Assembly (NCBI GenBank): GCA_963827655.1
Contig: CAWHCF010000006.1
Span: 1 to 64,000 of the forward strand
DNA length: 64,000 nt
DNA from: an uncultured Acidobacteriota bacterium
Lineage (GTDB): Bacteria; Acidobacteriota; UBA6911
Direction: 5' to 3'
The translations under genes and the position numbers were made by a program. The notes beneath the pieces were generated by a model, which saw nothing but the letters and a program-made list of their open reading frames with translations, was not told where the DNA came from and ran no database searches. Position 1 is the stretch's first letter. Each line of letters starts with the position of its first letter. Positions 1 through 9,397 of this stretch are shown one piece after another.

Positions 1-74
1 TTTCAGGCTTCCGATAGGCCGACTGTACGGCCAGGGTTTCAGGCCTTGGTTTTGTGAGCGTCGCTGATGAAGGA

Positions 75-584
75 TTACAGGCCGAAGACCCTCCTGAGCA
101 GACCGATATATTGAGGTCCAGTTGTGATGATGATCGCCGCGAAATAGCCCACGGCCAGCACACCACCCCCAACGAACTGACCCCACTCCGGTCCCCGCGG
201 ACTCCGCTGATAAAGCCAATCGAGCACGCAATGATCAGCAAGAGATGCTCGCCTGCGGCGATCAGAGAAAGCCAGGTCTGGCCTCTTGAGTTGGCCAGTT
301 TGTACCCAGTCGAGCAACTGTTCAACTCCCGCCTTGATAAAGGTGGTCACGAACAGGTTGATATGGTTCCAGAAGGCGGAGATAGATGCAGCCTGCGCCG
401 TAGCCCCAAGCGCTGTTCCTGCGGGTCAGCGCGATTGCCGCGAGTAGATCAAAGCCTGAAGCGAATGCAGGACGCGGATCTTGGGGTCAAATACCGCTGA
501 CACGAACAGGGCGAAAATAAAGAATGCGGCGCCAAGCGTGATTGACCAGCGTATCCAGGCAGGCTCAGCTCTTGTCCTGTCCAT
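75..584 (-). pseudogene. Frameshifted small multi-pass membrane protein
   Basis: Hydrophobic segments continue across frames: MDRTRAEPAWIRWSITLGAAFFIFALFVSAVFDP... (426..584), then ...FVTTFIKAGVEQLL...GGVLAVGYFAAIIITTGPQYIGLLRRVFGL* (75..350). At least two indels are needed to join them. Confidence 0.55.
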
Positions 585-668
585 GCGCTCCACTACGCTC
601 CGGGCATCTGAGAAGTTCCTGCGGAGCGTTCCTGGGATTGGGCCGCTTCGTGCAACTAATAAAGGATT

Positions 669-729
669 CTTGAACAAGGCCATGAAGCTGACCGACTGCG
701 TCGGCGGCTTGTGACCATAGCGTTTAGCT
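669..729 (+). mobile_element. Degenerate integron attC-like recombination site
   Basis: CTTGAAC-AAGGCC-ATGAAGCTG-A-CCGAC-TGC-GTCGG-CGGCTTGT-GACCATAGC-GTTTAGCT. It has an AAC...GTT core pair, an imperfect hairpin with a bulged G, and lies directly before an RBS and ORF. Confidence 0.5.
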
Positions 730-746
730 CAACGGAGGACTGAGCT

Positions 747-1190
747 ATGCAGGTTTACAAACACAGACAGGTTGGGATATTGAGTTTGTTTGCATTGGGC
801 GTCGGCGCTTTGCTGTCCGGCGCGGTCTTAATTTTCGAGCCCGCGCAACCCCTGATGGCTGGTTTGGTCCTGGTGACTCTGTTGTTGTGCATCTTTTTAT
901 TCTGGTCGCTCACTGTTGAGGTGACTGCGGATAAATTGACAGTGTTGTTCGGCCCCGGAGTCATTCGTAAAAGCTTCCGCGTCGAAGACATCCACAATGT
1001 ACGGGTCGTTCGGAATGCGTGGTGGTACGGATGGGGAATCAGGCTAACGCCACACGGTTGGTTGTTCAACGTCTCAGGATTCGACGCCGTGGAGCTGGAA
1101 CTGAAGAACAACCGGAAGTTCCGCATTGGAACTGACGACCCTCAGCAGCTGCTAACAGCAATTCGGCGAGTGTCACAGCCCGACAGCTAA
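747..1190 (+). CDS. Two-TM membrane protein with a bacterial PH-like C-terminal domain; possible gene cassette
   Basis: RBS GGAGG, two TM helices, WYGWGIR...GTDDP motif. The stop codon lies within AGCTAAC. Confidence 0.8.
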   Translation: MQVYKHRQVGILSLFALGVGALLSGAVLIFEPAQPLMAGLVLVTLLLCIFLFWSLTVEVTADKLTVLFGPGVIRKSFRVEDIHNVRVVRNAWWYGWGIRLTPHGWLFNVSGFDAVELELKNNRKFRIGTDDPQQLLTAIRRVSQPDS

Positions 1191-1565
1191 CAACGAATAA
1201 AATTCTCATTCCGGAGACTTACATGGCACGCGAACTTGAGCGTCGATTCGTGGGCCCCGATGGAAGGGTTGTTGTGAACCGTTATGCCGAATGCCGGGTG
1301 CTTCCGCCATCTACTGTTGGTGACCATAGACCACGCGCCGACTGAGGCGGATGTATGGCGGACCTGAGTTCGCTACTCTGATTTGGCCTCCGCAACAATC
1401 GCCTCACCGCATCACTTACCTTGGCGCGTACCTGAACCATCTTCCGGGTGGCTCTCGGCCGAAACCCGGCGGCGTCCGATGTTGGACTTAAGGCGTTCCT
1501 GTGCAATGTGTCTCGACTGCCTCCAGACGGCCAACCAGCGCGGCGGCGTACACCATGACGGCCGG

Positions 1566-2576
1566 TTAGTCGTGCGGCACTGTCATGGCCAGCTTCCGAT
1601 GAATGGCGTCCTGCAACGTGCCCAGATCGGAGCGTGAATAGCCGACGACATCTTGCGTTTGCAAGTCGAAGGGCAACGTGGGCAGGTGCCCGCCGCGATC
1701 GTTCTCGCAAATGAGGAGGGTTGGCTTATAGAGGGCGTGTGCGAGCCCCAGCTCATACATGACGTTCGGATTCTCGCCGGTGATCACGGCCACAGCGCAT
1801 TCGCACGACGCAATGCCTTCACGGATTATCTCTACGACGTTACCAACCAGAGGCAATTCATCGGTTCTGACCGGGATGAGGTTCAGGCTATCGCAGGCGT
1901 TTTTGACAATCCGGTATATCTCTTTGAAGCCCGGAGCGAAAGGCATTGCCACGAAGCAGCGTCTCTTCAGGGCACTGGCTACAAGGTCCTTGACCAGCTG
2001 GGCAGCCGCTCGGACGTTCCCAGCGTCAAGAGGAGTTTCCAGGCGCTGACAGGTCTCCTCGTCGATACGCAGTCTCTTCGCAATGACGTCTTTGTGGTCG
2101 TGCCATTGCTTCTCTGACTTTCCACCCGTAAAGGGGAGAGGCAGCACCGGCTTTTCGAATTCGAGCGCGAGATCGACCATCTCCGGCGTGCCGTGCTCGC
2201 CCTCGATGGTAACGAGGACGTCGGCGTAGCGCACGAGCGCGAACCTCCGAGACTGTCGGGTCACGTTCTTGACCTCATGGATCCTGCCGGCGCGAAAGAG
2301 ACCAGTCGACTCTCCCTTGGGAATCAGCGTCTCGAGCCTCGAGACTTCTGCGATCCCTTTCTCACGGAGGTAGCGCCGCGCGCCCTCGATGATACAGGCG
2401 TCCGCGGCCGGGGCACCCGCTCCCTGCCGACCTCCCGTTACGATGACGAGCCCCTCCTCTCGGGCAAGTTGCTCGCCTAGTAACTCGCAGAAGGTCGCGT
2501 TGAGCGCCGTGATGCGCGACCCACCCACAGCACCAACCCGCCGGGCACGCAAACGATAATCTGCAACGGGCATCAT
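1566..2576 (-). CDS. SLOG domain fused to a nucleoside 2-deoxyribosyltransferase/TIR-like domain; candidate defence or nucleotide-signalling protein
   Basis: N-terminal SLOG motifs IVTGG, RRFALVRYADVLVTIEGEHGT, KPVLPLPFTGG. C-terminal CFVAMPF...NPNVMYELGLAHAL.KP...LPFD. RBS GAGGAGG. Confidence 0.8.
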   Translation of the reverse strand: MMPVADYRLRARRVGAVGGSRITALNATFCELLGEQLAREEGLVIVTGGRQGAGAPAADACIIEGARRYLREKGIAEVSRLETLIPKGESTGLFRAGRIHEVKNVTRQSRRFALVRYADVLVTIEGEHGTPEMVDLALEFEKPVLPLPFTGGKSEKQWHDHKDVIAKRLRIDEETCQRLETPLDAGNVRAAAQLVKDLVASALKRRCFVAMPFAPGFKEIYRIVKNACDSLNLIPVRTDELPLVGNVVEIIREGIASCECAVAVITGENPNVMYELGLAHALYKPTLLICENDRGGHLPTLPFDLQTQDVVGYSRSDLGTLQDAIHRKLAMTVPHD

Positions 2577-2882
2577 AACCTCCTCTAGCCTTGTGGAACC
2601 CGCCCTTTCCCGGGGAGACGCGGTCCACCTCGAGCGGCTAGGTCCCAGGGCAGCGGGAATAGCTGTTCAGGAAATCTACCGAGCTTCTAGCGGGAAATAG
2701 CCAAACCTTTGAATCAACGTCATAATGCTATCCATCCAGCATCTTGATGTCAATTTGGGCGAGATTTCCAGCTTCGACGGGCCATTGCCCCTTTCAAACC
2801 TTTCGCCACGAGAACGAATGTCGCTTAGCGAAACGTTCAAACCAGCATGTTGTCGTTCAGAAGGGGCCCCTGCCCTTCGACC

Positions 2883-3299
2883 TCACCGGGACCCCTGGTC
2901 GAGACCCTTGAGGGCGAGCAGCGCGTGATCGTTATACGAGGTTGAGAACACGATGAGACACTTGTCGTGGCTCGAGAGTGCTGTCGCATACAAATGGTGT
3001 ATGTCGATTCCAGCGGTCTTGAGCTTGTCGGCCAACGCGCGCAGCATCCCAGGTTTGTGCGAGACCTCCGCGATCAGGACATTGCTTTCGCGGGGCTGAA
3101 ACTTCTTCTGGAGGACATCCATGGCCCGCACGTTGTCGTCGGTGACCAGATGGATGACTCCGTCGGCGCCTTCGACCCAGGCGCTGGCCGCCATGATGCC
3201 GATGCCTCGTTCCGAGACGCTCTTGGAAACCTCCGCCATAACCCCGATTTCATTCAGTGTCTTGACAACAATCTCTTTGCCGGTAGTAACTTTTATCAT
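2883..3299 (-). CDS. Tandem ACT-domain protein
   Basis: Two ACT repeats (LNEIGVMAEVSKSV; SHKPGMLRALADKLKTAGIDIHHLY). ATG at 3299 follows GGAGGAG. Confidence 0.85.
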   Translation of the reverse strand: MIKVTTGKEIVVKTLNEIGVMAEVSKSVSERGIGIMAASAWVEGADGVIHLVTDDNVRAMDVLQKKFQPRESNVLIAEVSHKPGMLRALADKLKTAGIDIHHLYATALSSHDKCLIVFSTSYNDHALLALKGLDQGSR

Positions 3300-3612
3300 C
3301 TTGCTCCTCCGTCGTGCGCTGCCTGACTGTAGGGTGGTCCACGGGAGAGTGCCGCAAGAAACGTACGCCCGGACCGCAGGCGACGGCGAGCTGCACGCAC
3401 TGTTGACTGGATATGATTCCAGCGTACCCATCATAGAACACAACGCGGCCTGCACCCGCAAGCAAAGTATGGGTCGCTGCGTCCTGGCGGCAGGCCCTTT
3501 TTGCCCTAACCGCTGACAACACGAAGACGCGGAGAAATAAGATTTGTGACTTGTTCGATGAGGTCGATTACCATCTTCAACACGTGCGGCTCGTCTAGTT
3601 TCAAGGAATGCG

Positions 3613-4095
3613 ATGCGATCAGACGAGAAGTTTGAAGCGTCGTTTCGTAAACCGAATCCTATCGATCGCGCCGTCAACCGGGCCTTTGGATTTCTGGTCG
3701 GGCTCGGTTTTGGCCTGTCCCATAACTACCTGCTTCAGGTCCGCGGCCGTAAGACCGGACGGCTCTATTCCACGCCAATAAATCTGCTGGAGTTCAAAGA
3801 CAAGCGGTTCCTGGTAGCGCCACGAGGCCGGACTCAATGGATCCGCAATGTAGAAGCCGCGAACGAAGTCATCCTCAAGAGGGGAAGGATACGAGCAACT
3901 TTTCGACTCCGGCCAATTCCGGATGTGGAAAAGGCCGAGATATTGATGTCTTATCTGGACCGTTTCAAGCTGACGGTCCAGCGTTACTTCCCCGTGCCCG
4001 CCGGCTCAGGCTCGGAAGCTTTCGTCGAATTGGCCGCGCACTATCCCGTGTTTGAGCTGCTTCCGTCCAACACCAGGGCCTCTCAACGCTCCTAA
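3613..4095 (+). CDS. Deazaflavin (F420)-dependent nitroreductase family protein (Ddn/DUF385-like)
   Basis: LLQVRGRKTGRLYSTP, QWIRNV and YPVFEL motifs. Confidence 0.85.
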   Translation: MRSDEKFEASFRKPNPIDRAVNRAFGFLVGLGFGLSHNYLLQVRGRKTGRLYSTPINLLEFKDKRFLVAPRGRTQWIRNVEAANEVILKRGRIRATFRLRPIPDVEKAEILMSYLDRFKLTVQRYFPVPAGSGSEAFVELAAHYPVFELLPSNTRASQRS

Positions 4096-4127
4096 CCGAT
4101 CCCAAGCGCTCTTTTTGCAAAAAACCG

Positions 4128-4169
4128 TTGACGCGCTGCAATCCTTGCAATACATAGTATGTTGTAATG
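4128..4169 (+). promoter_or_regulatory. Putative promoter with a palindromic (PadR) operator; possibly a leaderless transcript
   Basis: TTGACG at 4128. Near-palindrome ACATAGTATGT flanked by TTGCAA/TTGTAA directly before ATG 4167. No RBS is evident. Confidence 0.4.
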
Positions 4170-4529
4170 TCAAGCATTCATGCCCCTGGTTTTGCGGGAA
4201 AGTGGGAAGTCCAACTCCGAAAGGGTTGTCTCGAGCTCGCCATCCTCGCCAGCCTGTGGCACGGCAAACTCTACGGCCTCGAAATCCTCCGCCGCCTCGC
4301 CGATGGTTCCAATCTTGTGGTCTCCGAAGGAACGGTCTATCCCCTGCTCAACCGCCTCAAGGCGGAAGGACTGATCGATTCGGAGTGGGTCGAGGCGGAG
4401 GCAGGACATCCGCGCAAGTATTACCGACTGACTTTGCGGGGGAGACGCCGCGCGGTCGAGATGGCGCAGATTTGGGAGCGGTTCTCCGGGAGCTTAGGAG
4501 CCCTGGTTGCACCGCTCAGGAAGGAATGA
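4167..4529 (+). CDS. PadR family transcriptional regulator
   Basis: QLRKGCLELAILASL, YGLEI, EGTVYPLLNRL, PRKYYRLT. Confidence 0.95.
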   Translation: MSSIHAPGFAGKWEVQLRKGCLELAILASLWHGKLYGLEILRRLADGSNLVVSEGTVYPLLNRLKAEGLIDSEWVEAEAGHPRKYYRLTLRGRRRAVEMAQIWERFSGSLGALVAPLRKE

Positions 4530-5145
4530 CGCCAATGGCGAACCCAAATGCCGCGCAGGAGAGGATTGATAAATATCTTCGAGAAGTTCGCGCGGGACTC
4601 CGCGGTCTTTCGGACGCTCAGGCGTCCGAAATTGTCGAAGAGCTTCGCAGCCACATCCGCGATCGCACGGAGATGGAAGCGGAACCAACAGACGCCGGAG
4701 TGATCACCGCGCCGGCAAATTAGGGCGCCCCGCAGAACTGGCCGCGATGTACGTTGCAGAAACCATTGTGGCGCGCGCCGAGAGGAGCTTCTCGCCGTGG
4801 CTCATTCTAGGCGGTATTTTCCGCTGGGCTGCTTTGAGTTCAGCGGGCTTGTTGATGCTCCTTGGCTCGCTTGTGGGCTATGCCTTGGCCGCTTCATTCA
4901 GTATCTCCGCGTTGATGAAGCCCTTCGCACCAGACAGCGTCGGGTTGTGGAGGCTAACCGAGAGTGCGGATAGTTTTTCACTGAAACTTGGCCCTGGCAG
5001 TCCTCCCTCTGGGGACGAACTCCTGGGGTGGTGGATTGTACCGCTGGGGTTGCTGATTGGAGCCGGATTATTCCTGCTGACAACGCGGTTCGGGTTGTGG
5101 GGCCTGCGCAGGCTTCGGGGAATGTCGCCGGTGCGCTTGCGTTGA
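4526..5145 (+). pseudogene. HAAS/DUF1700-type membrane partner of PadR, frameshifted near 4712
   Basis: IDKYLREVRAGLRGL...EIVEELRSHI, then a 1-nt shift to GKLGRPAELAAMY and TM helices (4747..5145). The start overlaps the padR stop (ATGA). Confidence 0.75.
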
Positions 5146-5165
5146 ACGGCAAGGAGTGGGATCTG

Positions 5166-5903
5166 ATGGATCCGGGGCCAGGAAAATCGGGCTCAGACGC
5201 GCTTGGCGAAAGCAAGAAACTCATGCCCGCGTCTGCCGTAGCCGGGTGGCGCGGCAGCCGGCTACTCGCCCTGGGAGAGATTGCGGCAGTTCTTTTAATC
5301 TTCGCCGCCGACTGGAACCACCTGGTACCGTACAGCAAGACCCCTTTTCTGTTTCTGCTTGGGTGGGTCTCCTTGCGATTGCGCGGCATGCGCTGGAAAG
5401 ACGTAGGGCTATCCCGGTTTCGCAATTGGCGAGCAACCGTGATTTATGGGATCGTCGGCGGGCTCTTCACGGAACCACTCGAATGGCTTGTAACCCAGCC
5501 TTTGTTGGTGAGGCTCACAGGGCAACAACCAGACCTGGAAGACTTTCGAGTGTTAACGGGAAACCTGGGTCTGACCCTGATCGTCGTGGTTCTTGCATGG
5601 GTGCAAGCCGGTTTCGGAGAGGAGATGGTCTTTCGGGGCTACGTGATGAACCGCGTCGCCGACCTGGGCAATCGCACCCGCCGGTCGTGGATCGCCAGCC
5701 TCATTCTGGTCAGCATACTCTTTGCTTTCGCGCATACCTACCAGGGAATCACGGGCGTGCTCGAAAATGGGATCGCCGGCCTGATCCTGGGCGGGATGTA
5801 CCTGATTTGCGGCCGGAATCTGTCCGTGCCCATCATCGCACACAGCCTCGGCGACACCGTGAGTGTGATCCTGATCTACCTCGGAAAGTATCCCGGCATG
5901 TGA
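5166..5903 (+). CDS. CPBP (CAAX/Abi) family intramembrane metalloprotease
   Basis: GEEMVFRGY, FAFAH and PIIAHS motifs. AAGGAG precedes ATG 5166. Confidence 0.92.
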   Translation: MDPGPGKSGSDALGESKKLMPASAVAGWRGSRLLALGEIAAVLLIFAADWNHLVPYSKTPFLFLLGWVSLRLRGMRWKDVGLSRFRNWRATVIYGIVGGLFTEPLEWLVTQPLLVRLTGQQPDLEDFRVLTGNLGLTLIVVVLAWVQAGFGEEMVFRGYVMNRVADLGNRTRRSWIASLILVSILFAFAHTYQGITGVLENGIAGLILGGMYLICGRNLSVPIIAHSLGDTVSVILIYLGKYPGM

Positions 5904-5950
5904 AGAAAAGATGCCCCGGTCCCCTGCCTGTGCCGCCTGTGAAACAGGTT

Positions 5951-6011
5951 CTTCGTCTTCGCGTCCTGGTGGTATTTGTTCTGAAGCGCTAACCAAAAGA
6001 CGCTAAGAAAC
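5951..6011. repeat. Octamer-based REP-like palindrome, degenerate copy
   Basis: CTTCGTCTTCGCGTCCTGGTGGTATTTGTT...CTAACC...GACGCTAAGAAAC; same core as 40934 and 63083. Confidence 0.65.
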
Positions 6012-6165
6012 TACTGGTTGTTTCCCTCTACGTTGCCCAAGCCCGCATACAATAGCTTGGGATTGGATCGTGTCGAGGCGTATCTTATTCTTGTCGGTCG
6101 TTCGCGAGGAATGAGGGTCGACTCACGACGGCTCATCAAAGAAGACCCACATCGGAGGATGAATC

Positions 6166-6930
6166 ATGGCAGCCCATGCCCCGGGAACGTTCTGCTGGTT
6201 CGAGTGCGGCTCGACCGACGCCGCGAGGGACAAGTCCTTCTACACCGAGCTCTTCGGTTGGAACTCCGCTGAGGCCTCGATGCCGGGTGACATGGGGACC
6301 TACACGTTACTGAAGAAGGGCCAGGAGGACGTCGCCGGCCTCTATCAGCTCTCGGGGCCGCAGTTCGAAGGAGTCCCCTCCCATTGGATGACCTACGTCG
6401 CGGTGGAGGACGTGGACGAGACGGCGAAGCGCGCGACGTCGCTCCATGGAAAAATCCTTCGCGAACCCTTGGACATTCCAGGCGTGGGGCGCATCGCGAT
6501 TCTCCAGGATCCGACCGGCGCGTGGATCGCCATCGCCAGGTTCGACCAGCACCCCGGCACATCATCCCTCGGTCCGCTTGGTTGGAGCGAGCTCGCCACA
6601 ACCGACACGGCCAAGGCGCAGGCCTTCTATACCAAGCTGTTCGACTGGAAGGCCAAGCCGGATCCTAAGAACCAGTACACCGAGTTCCAGGTCGGGGGTC
6701 GATCCATCGGCGGCATGATGGCGTTGGAACCACATGGGACCGACACACCGCCGCACTGGCTTCCCTACGTGATGGTAGAGGACTGCGACCGCATGGCGCG
6801 GAAGGCGGCGGATCTCGGCGCCCGCGTGCTGGTGCCCGCGACCGACATCGCCGGCGTTGGACGATTCGCGGTGTTTGCGGACCCGACTGGAGCGACGCTC
6901 GCCATCATCAAGCTTACTGGCCACGTCTGA
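6166..6930 (+). CDS. Two-domain VOC (glyoxalase/bleomycin-resistance) family protein
   Basis: PGTFCWFE, FYTELFGW, WMTYVAVEDVD and DIPGVGR...DPTGA motifs occur twice. Confidence 0.95.
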   Translation: MAAHAPGTFCWFECGSTDAARDKSFYTELFGWNSAEASMPGDMGTYTLLKKGQEDVAGLYQLSGPQFEGVPSHWMTYVAVEDVDETAKRATSLHGKILREPLDIPGVGRIAILQDPTGAWIAIARFDQHPGTSSLGPLGWSELATTDTAKAQAFYTKLFDWKAKPDPKNQYTEFQVGGRSIGGMMALEPHGTDTPPHWLPYVMVEDCDRMARKAADLGARVLVPATDIAGVGRFAVFADPTGATLAIIKLTGHV

Positions 6931-6934
6931 GGGT

Positions 6935-7004
6935 CAGGATCCAGGATTCAGGCACAACCCGTCCCGATTCAATCCTGAATCCTGAATCCTGAATCCTGAA
7001 TCCT
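6935..7004. repeat. Inverted heptamer array (CAGGATT)n...(AATCCTG) x about 5
   Basis: AATCCTG tandem at 6971-7004, with complementary units at 6935-6952, between convergent genes. Confidence 0.85.
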
Positions 7005-8323
7005 TTACTTCAGACGCACTCGAATACCGTGAGCATCGGCGCGCTCCACGCGATTCGCGTCCCGGTTGCTGATGCGGACGACCGTCTTCATGAAACCTGT
7101 GCGTCCGCCTTGCTCGAGCTGAACTACGCCGACTCCCGGCGTGACGCCGGTAGACGAGTGAGGATCCCCACTCAAAGGATTCGGCCCACGAAGCGATACA
7201 AAAACGAAGTTGCCCGAAGGAGAAAGATCCGCAAGATCCAAGCTGGGATCGTCGCTCATGCCCGACAGGAGGTTCACTGTATTCACTCGTTCCCCTGAAG
7301 CCACATCGAAGACCTCGGCATTGTTCATTCTTCGATCGAGAACCCAGAGATAGCGGCCGAGTTTCGTCGTGAAGGATCCATGGGAATCCCGGTCCCGCTC
7401 ATCATCCGTGAACAGCACTGTCGGCGCCGGAGTATTGGGTGGATTCGTTGAACTATATCCTTCGAGCGGGAAGCGGTACACATCGAATTCACTCAGATTC
7501 GTGGCGGTTCCCCCGCCCGAGTTAATGTACATCCCCCCGGCCACCTCGATCCCACCGCAACCATTCCCGTGGATCGTATTCCTGTCATATTCGGCGAGGA
7601 TCGTGATCGGATTAGTCCTGGGGTCAACCACCACAAGGCCACCGCCCCGGAGTGTTACAAAAGCCAACGAGCCGGAAGAATCTACCATGGGGCAAATCGG
7701 AGCATTGTCCGGGCGGATTCCCGCGATCTCGCAGGCGTTGCCGTTCGGGGTCCTGCAGGTAGCGAGGCTCAGAGTCGCCGCTCTGTTGTGGGTAAAGGTC
7801 CTGGTCTGATAGTTCGTGTCAATGCGCTCGAGCAGCTTGCCGTTTTGATTGGCAACCAGGATGTACGTGTCATCCGGCGAGGGAAAAGCGGCATGGGCTT
7901 GACGGGCGAACCCGGCCCCCACCGAAGTTCGCATGGCGAATATGGGCAGCCGGCTGGCCCCATCAAAAATCACGACATGCCCGCTGGCAACGAACGAAAG
8001 AATTGCAAACCTGTGATCCGAGTTGAAAAAGATCATGTGAGGTCGAACGGGTAAGGCGCCTGTCGTCTGCAGACAAAGGGCGGCCGTGTTTCCGCCGAGG
8101 TCTATGGTCTGATCGGAGTGACCGAGTCTGCGCCAGCGCCTTCGAGTTCTGAACCGTCATAGATGTGAATTTTTCCGCCGAAGGTTGCCCGGCCGTGTCG
8201 GACATGGTCAACCACCCAGACTTCAAAGCTGACTGCAAAGCATGCCGGAGTCAGGGTGAAACACGCCGCCGCCGCCAACAACCTCATCAAGCTCTTGAAC
8301 CCGATCTGTCGTAACTTGCACAT
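7005..8323 (-). pseudogene. Secreted beta-propeller-like (YncE-like) protein with several indels
   Basis: Signal peptide and FEVWVVD (8102..8323) join ...DLGGNTAALCLQTTGALPVRPHMIFFN (7005..8036 frame) after a shift near 8110. An apparent compensating +1/-1 pair lies near 8185-8205. Confidence 0.7.
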
Positions 8324-8338
8324 ATCTCCTCCCTGGAA

Positions 8339-9340
8339 TTGAGAGTGCAATTCGCTCCCAGGGAAGGCGTGGTGATGTTCAAGCCACCCACTGAAAATGT
8401 CGAGGCTTACAACCTGGTGCTCAAGGCCCGCTACCTTGCGCCCATTGCGGAAAATGCGGACACCATCCTCGGCTACTTTAACGAGGCTTTGACTTACGAT
8501 CCTGACTATGCTGCCGCCCACGTCGGACTGGCTAACAGTGGATCGGTGGCAATCGCACCGCCGTGCCCCAAGCAGGTAATGGAAAAAGCCAGACAAGCCG
8601 CCGATAGAGCATTACGGCTCGACAGTAGTCTGCCCGAGGCCCACTCTGTTTCGGCCATGATCAAGTGGAACTATGAGTGGGACTGGACGGGAGCCGACGG
8701 TGAGTTCAGGATGGCTCTGGACCTGCATCCGAGCTCGACGGGCACGCGCCTTAATTATGCGCTTTACCTGGCCCACCTGGGCCGGCCCACGGAAGCGCTC
8801 GCTGAACTGGAGCGGATCCGCGCGCTGGAACCACAATCGCTTGGGATTAAAAGCATTGAAGCTTCGGTCTATTACCTGACTCGCGACTACGATCGAACCA
8901 TCCAGTACTGCCAATCAGTTCTGGGGGGCGATCCCTGGGCATGGCCGCTCCATTACTGGATGGGCCGAGCCTACGCGAGCAAGGGACTGCTTCCCGAGGC
9001 CCTGGCTCACTTGGAGAAATGGCACAATATTCCCGAGCGCAGCCGGCCGCGGGGATTCGGCATGCTCGCGTCAACCTATGCCCGTGCCGGCAGAAGAGCC
9101 GATGCACTCAAGCTGCTCGATCAGGTGACCGAGAGATCGAAGCGAGCCTACGTGTCCCCGCTGAGCGTGGCGCAGATTCATATCGGGTTGGGCGACTCTG
9201 AACGCGCGCTTGAGTGGCTCGAGAAGGCTTTCCAGGAGCGCGACACAGCCATCGCCACGCTCAAAACCGAGCCGGCATACGATTCTCTCCGTTCCACTGC
9301 GAAATTCCGCGATCTGCTCCGCCGGTTGAAGCTGGAGTAG
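8339..9340 (+). pseudogene. TPR region of a TolB-like/TPR sensor protein, apparently 5'-truncated
   Basis: Begins mid-domain (PTENVEAYNLVLKARY). Typical WDWTGADGEFRMALDL and ALEWLEKA...PAYDSLRS..KFRDLLRRL tail. No room for an upstream domain. Confidence 0.65.
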
Positions 9341-9390
9341 CGCGGCGAAACAAATACCACCAAGGCGCGAAGACGCGAGGAAACACTCAG
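9338..9390. repeat. Octamer-based REP-like element, one arm
   Basis: AACAAATACCACCAAGGCGCGAAGACGCGAGGAAACAC. Confidence 0.65.
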
Positions 9391-9397
9391 AATTAGT

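Noticed and set aside
1282-1710. ORFs between the cassette-like gene and the SLOG fusion as a partner gene
   Set aside because: They are low-complexity, Arg-rich translations overlapping the SLOG gene, with no RBS or motif.
3300-3520. Possible riboswitch upstream of the ACT gene (CAGCG-ACCCAT...ATGGGT-A-CGCTG pairing)
   Set aside because: Only one helix is evident and I see no recognisable aptamer consensus; an Rfam/Infernal scan would be needed.
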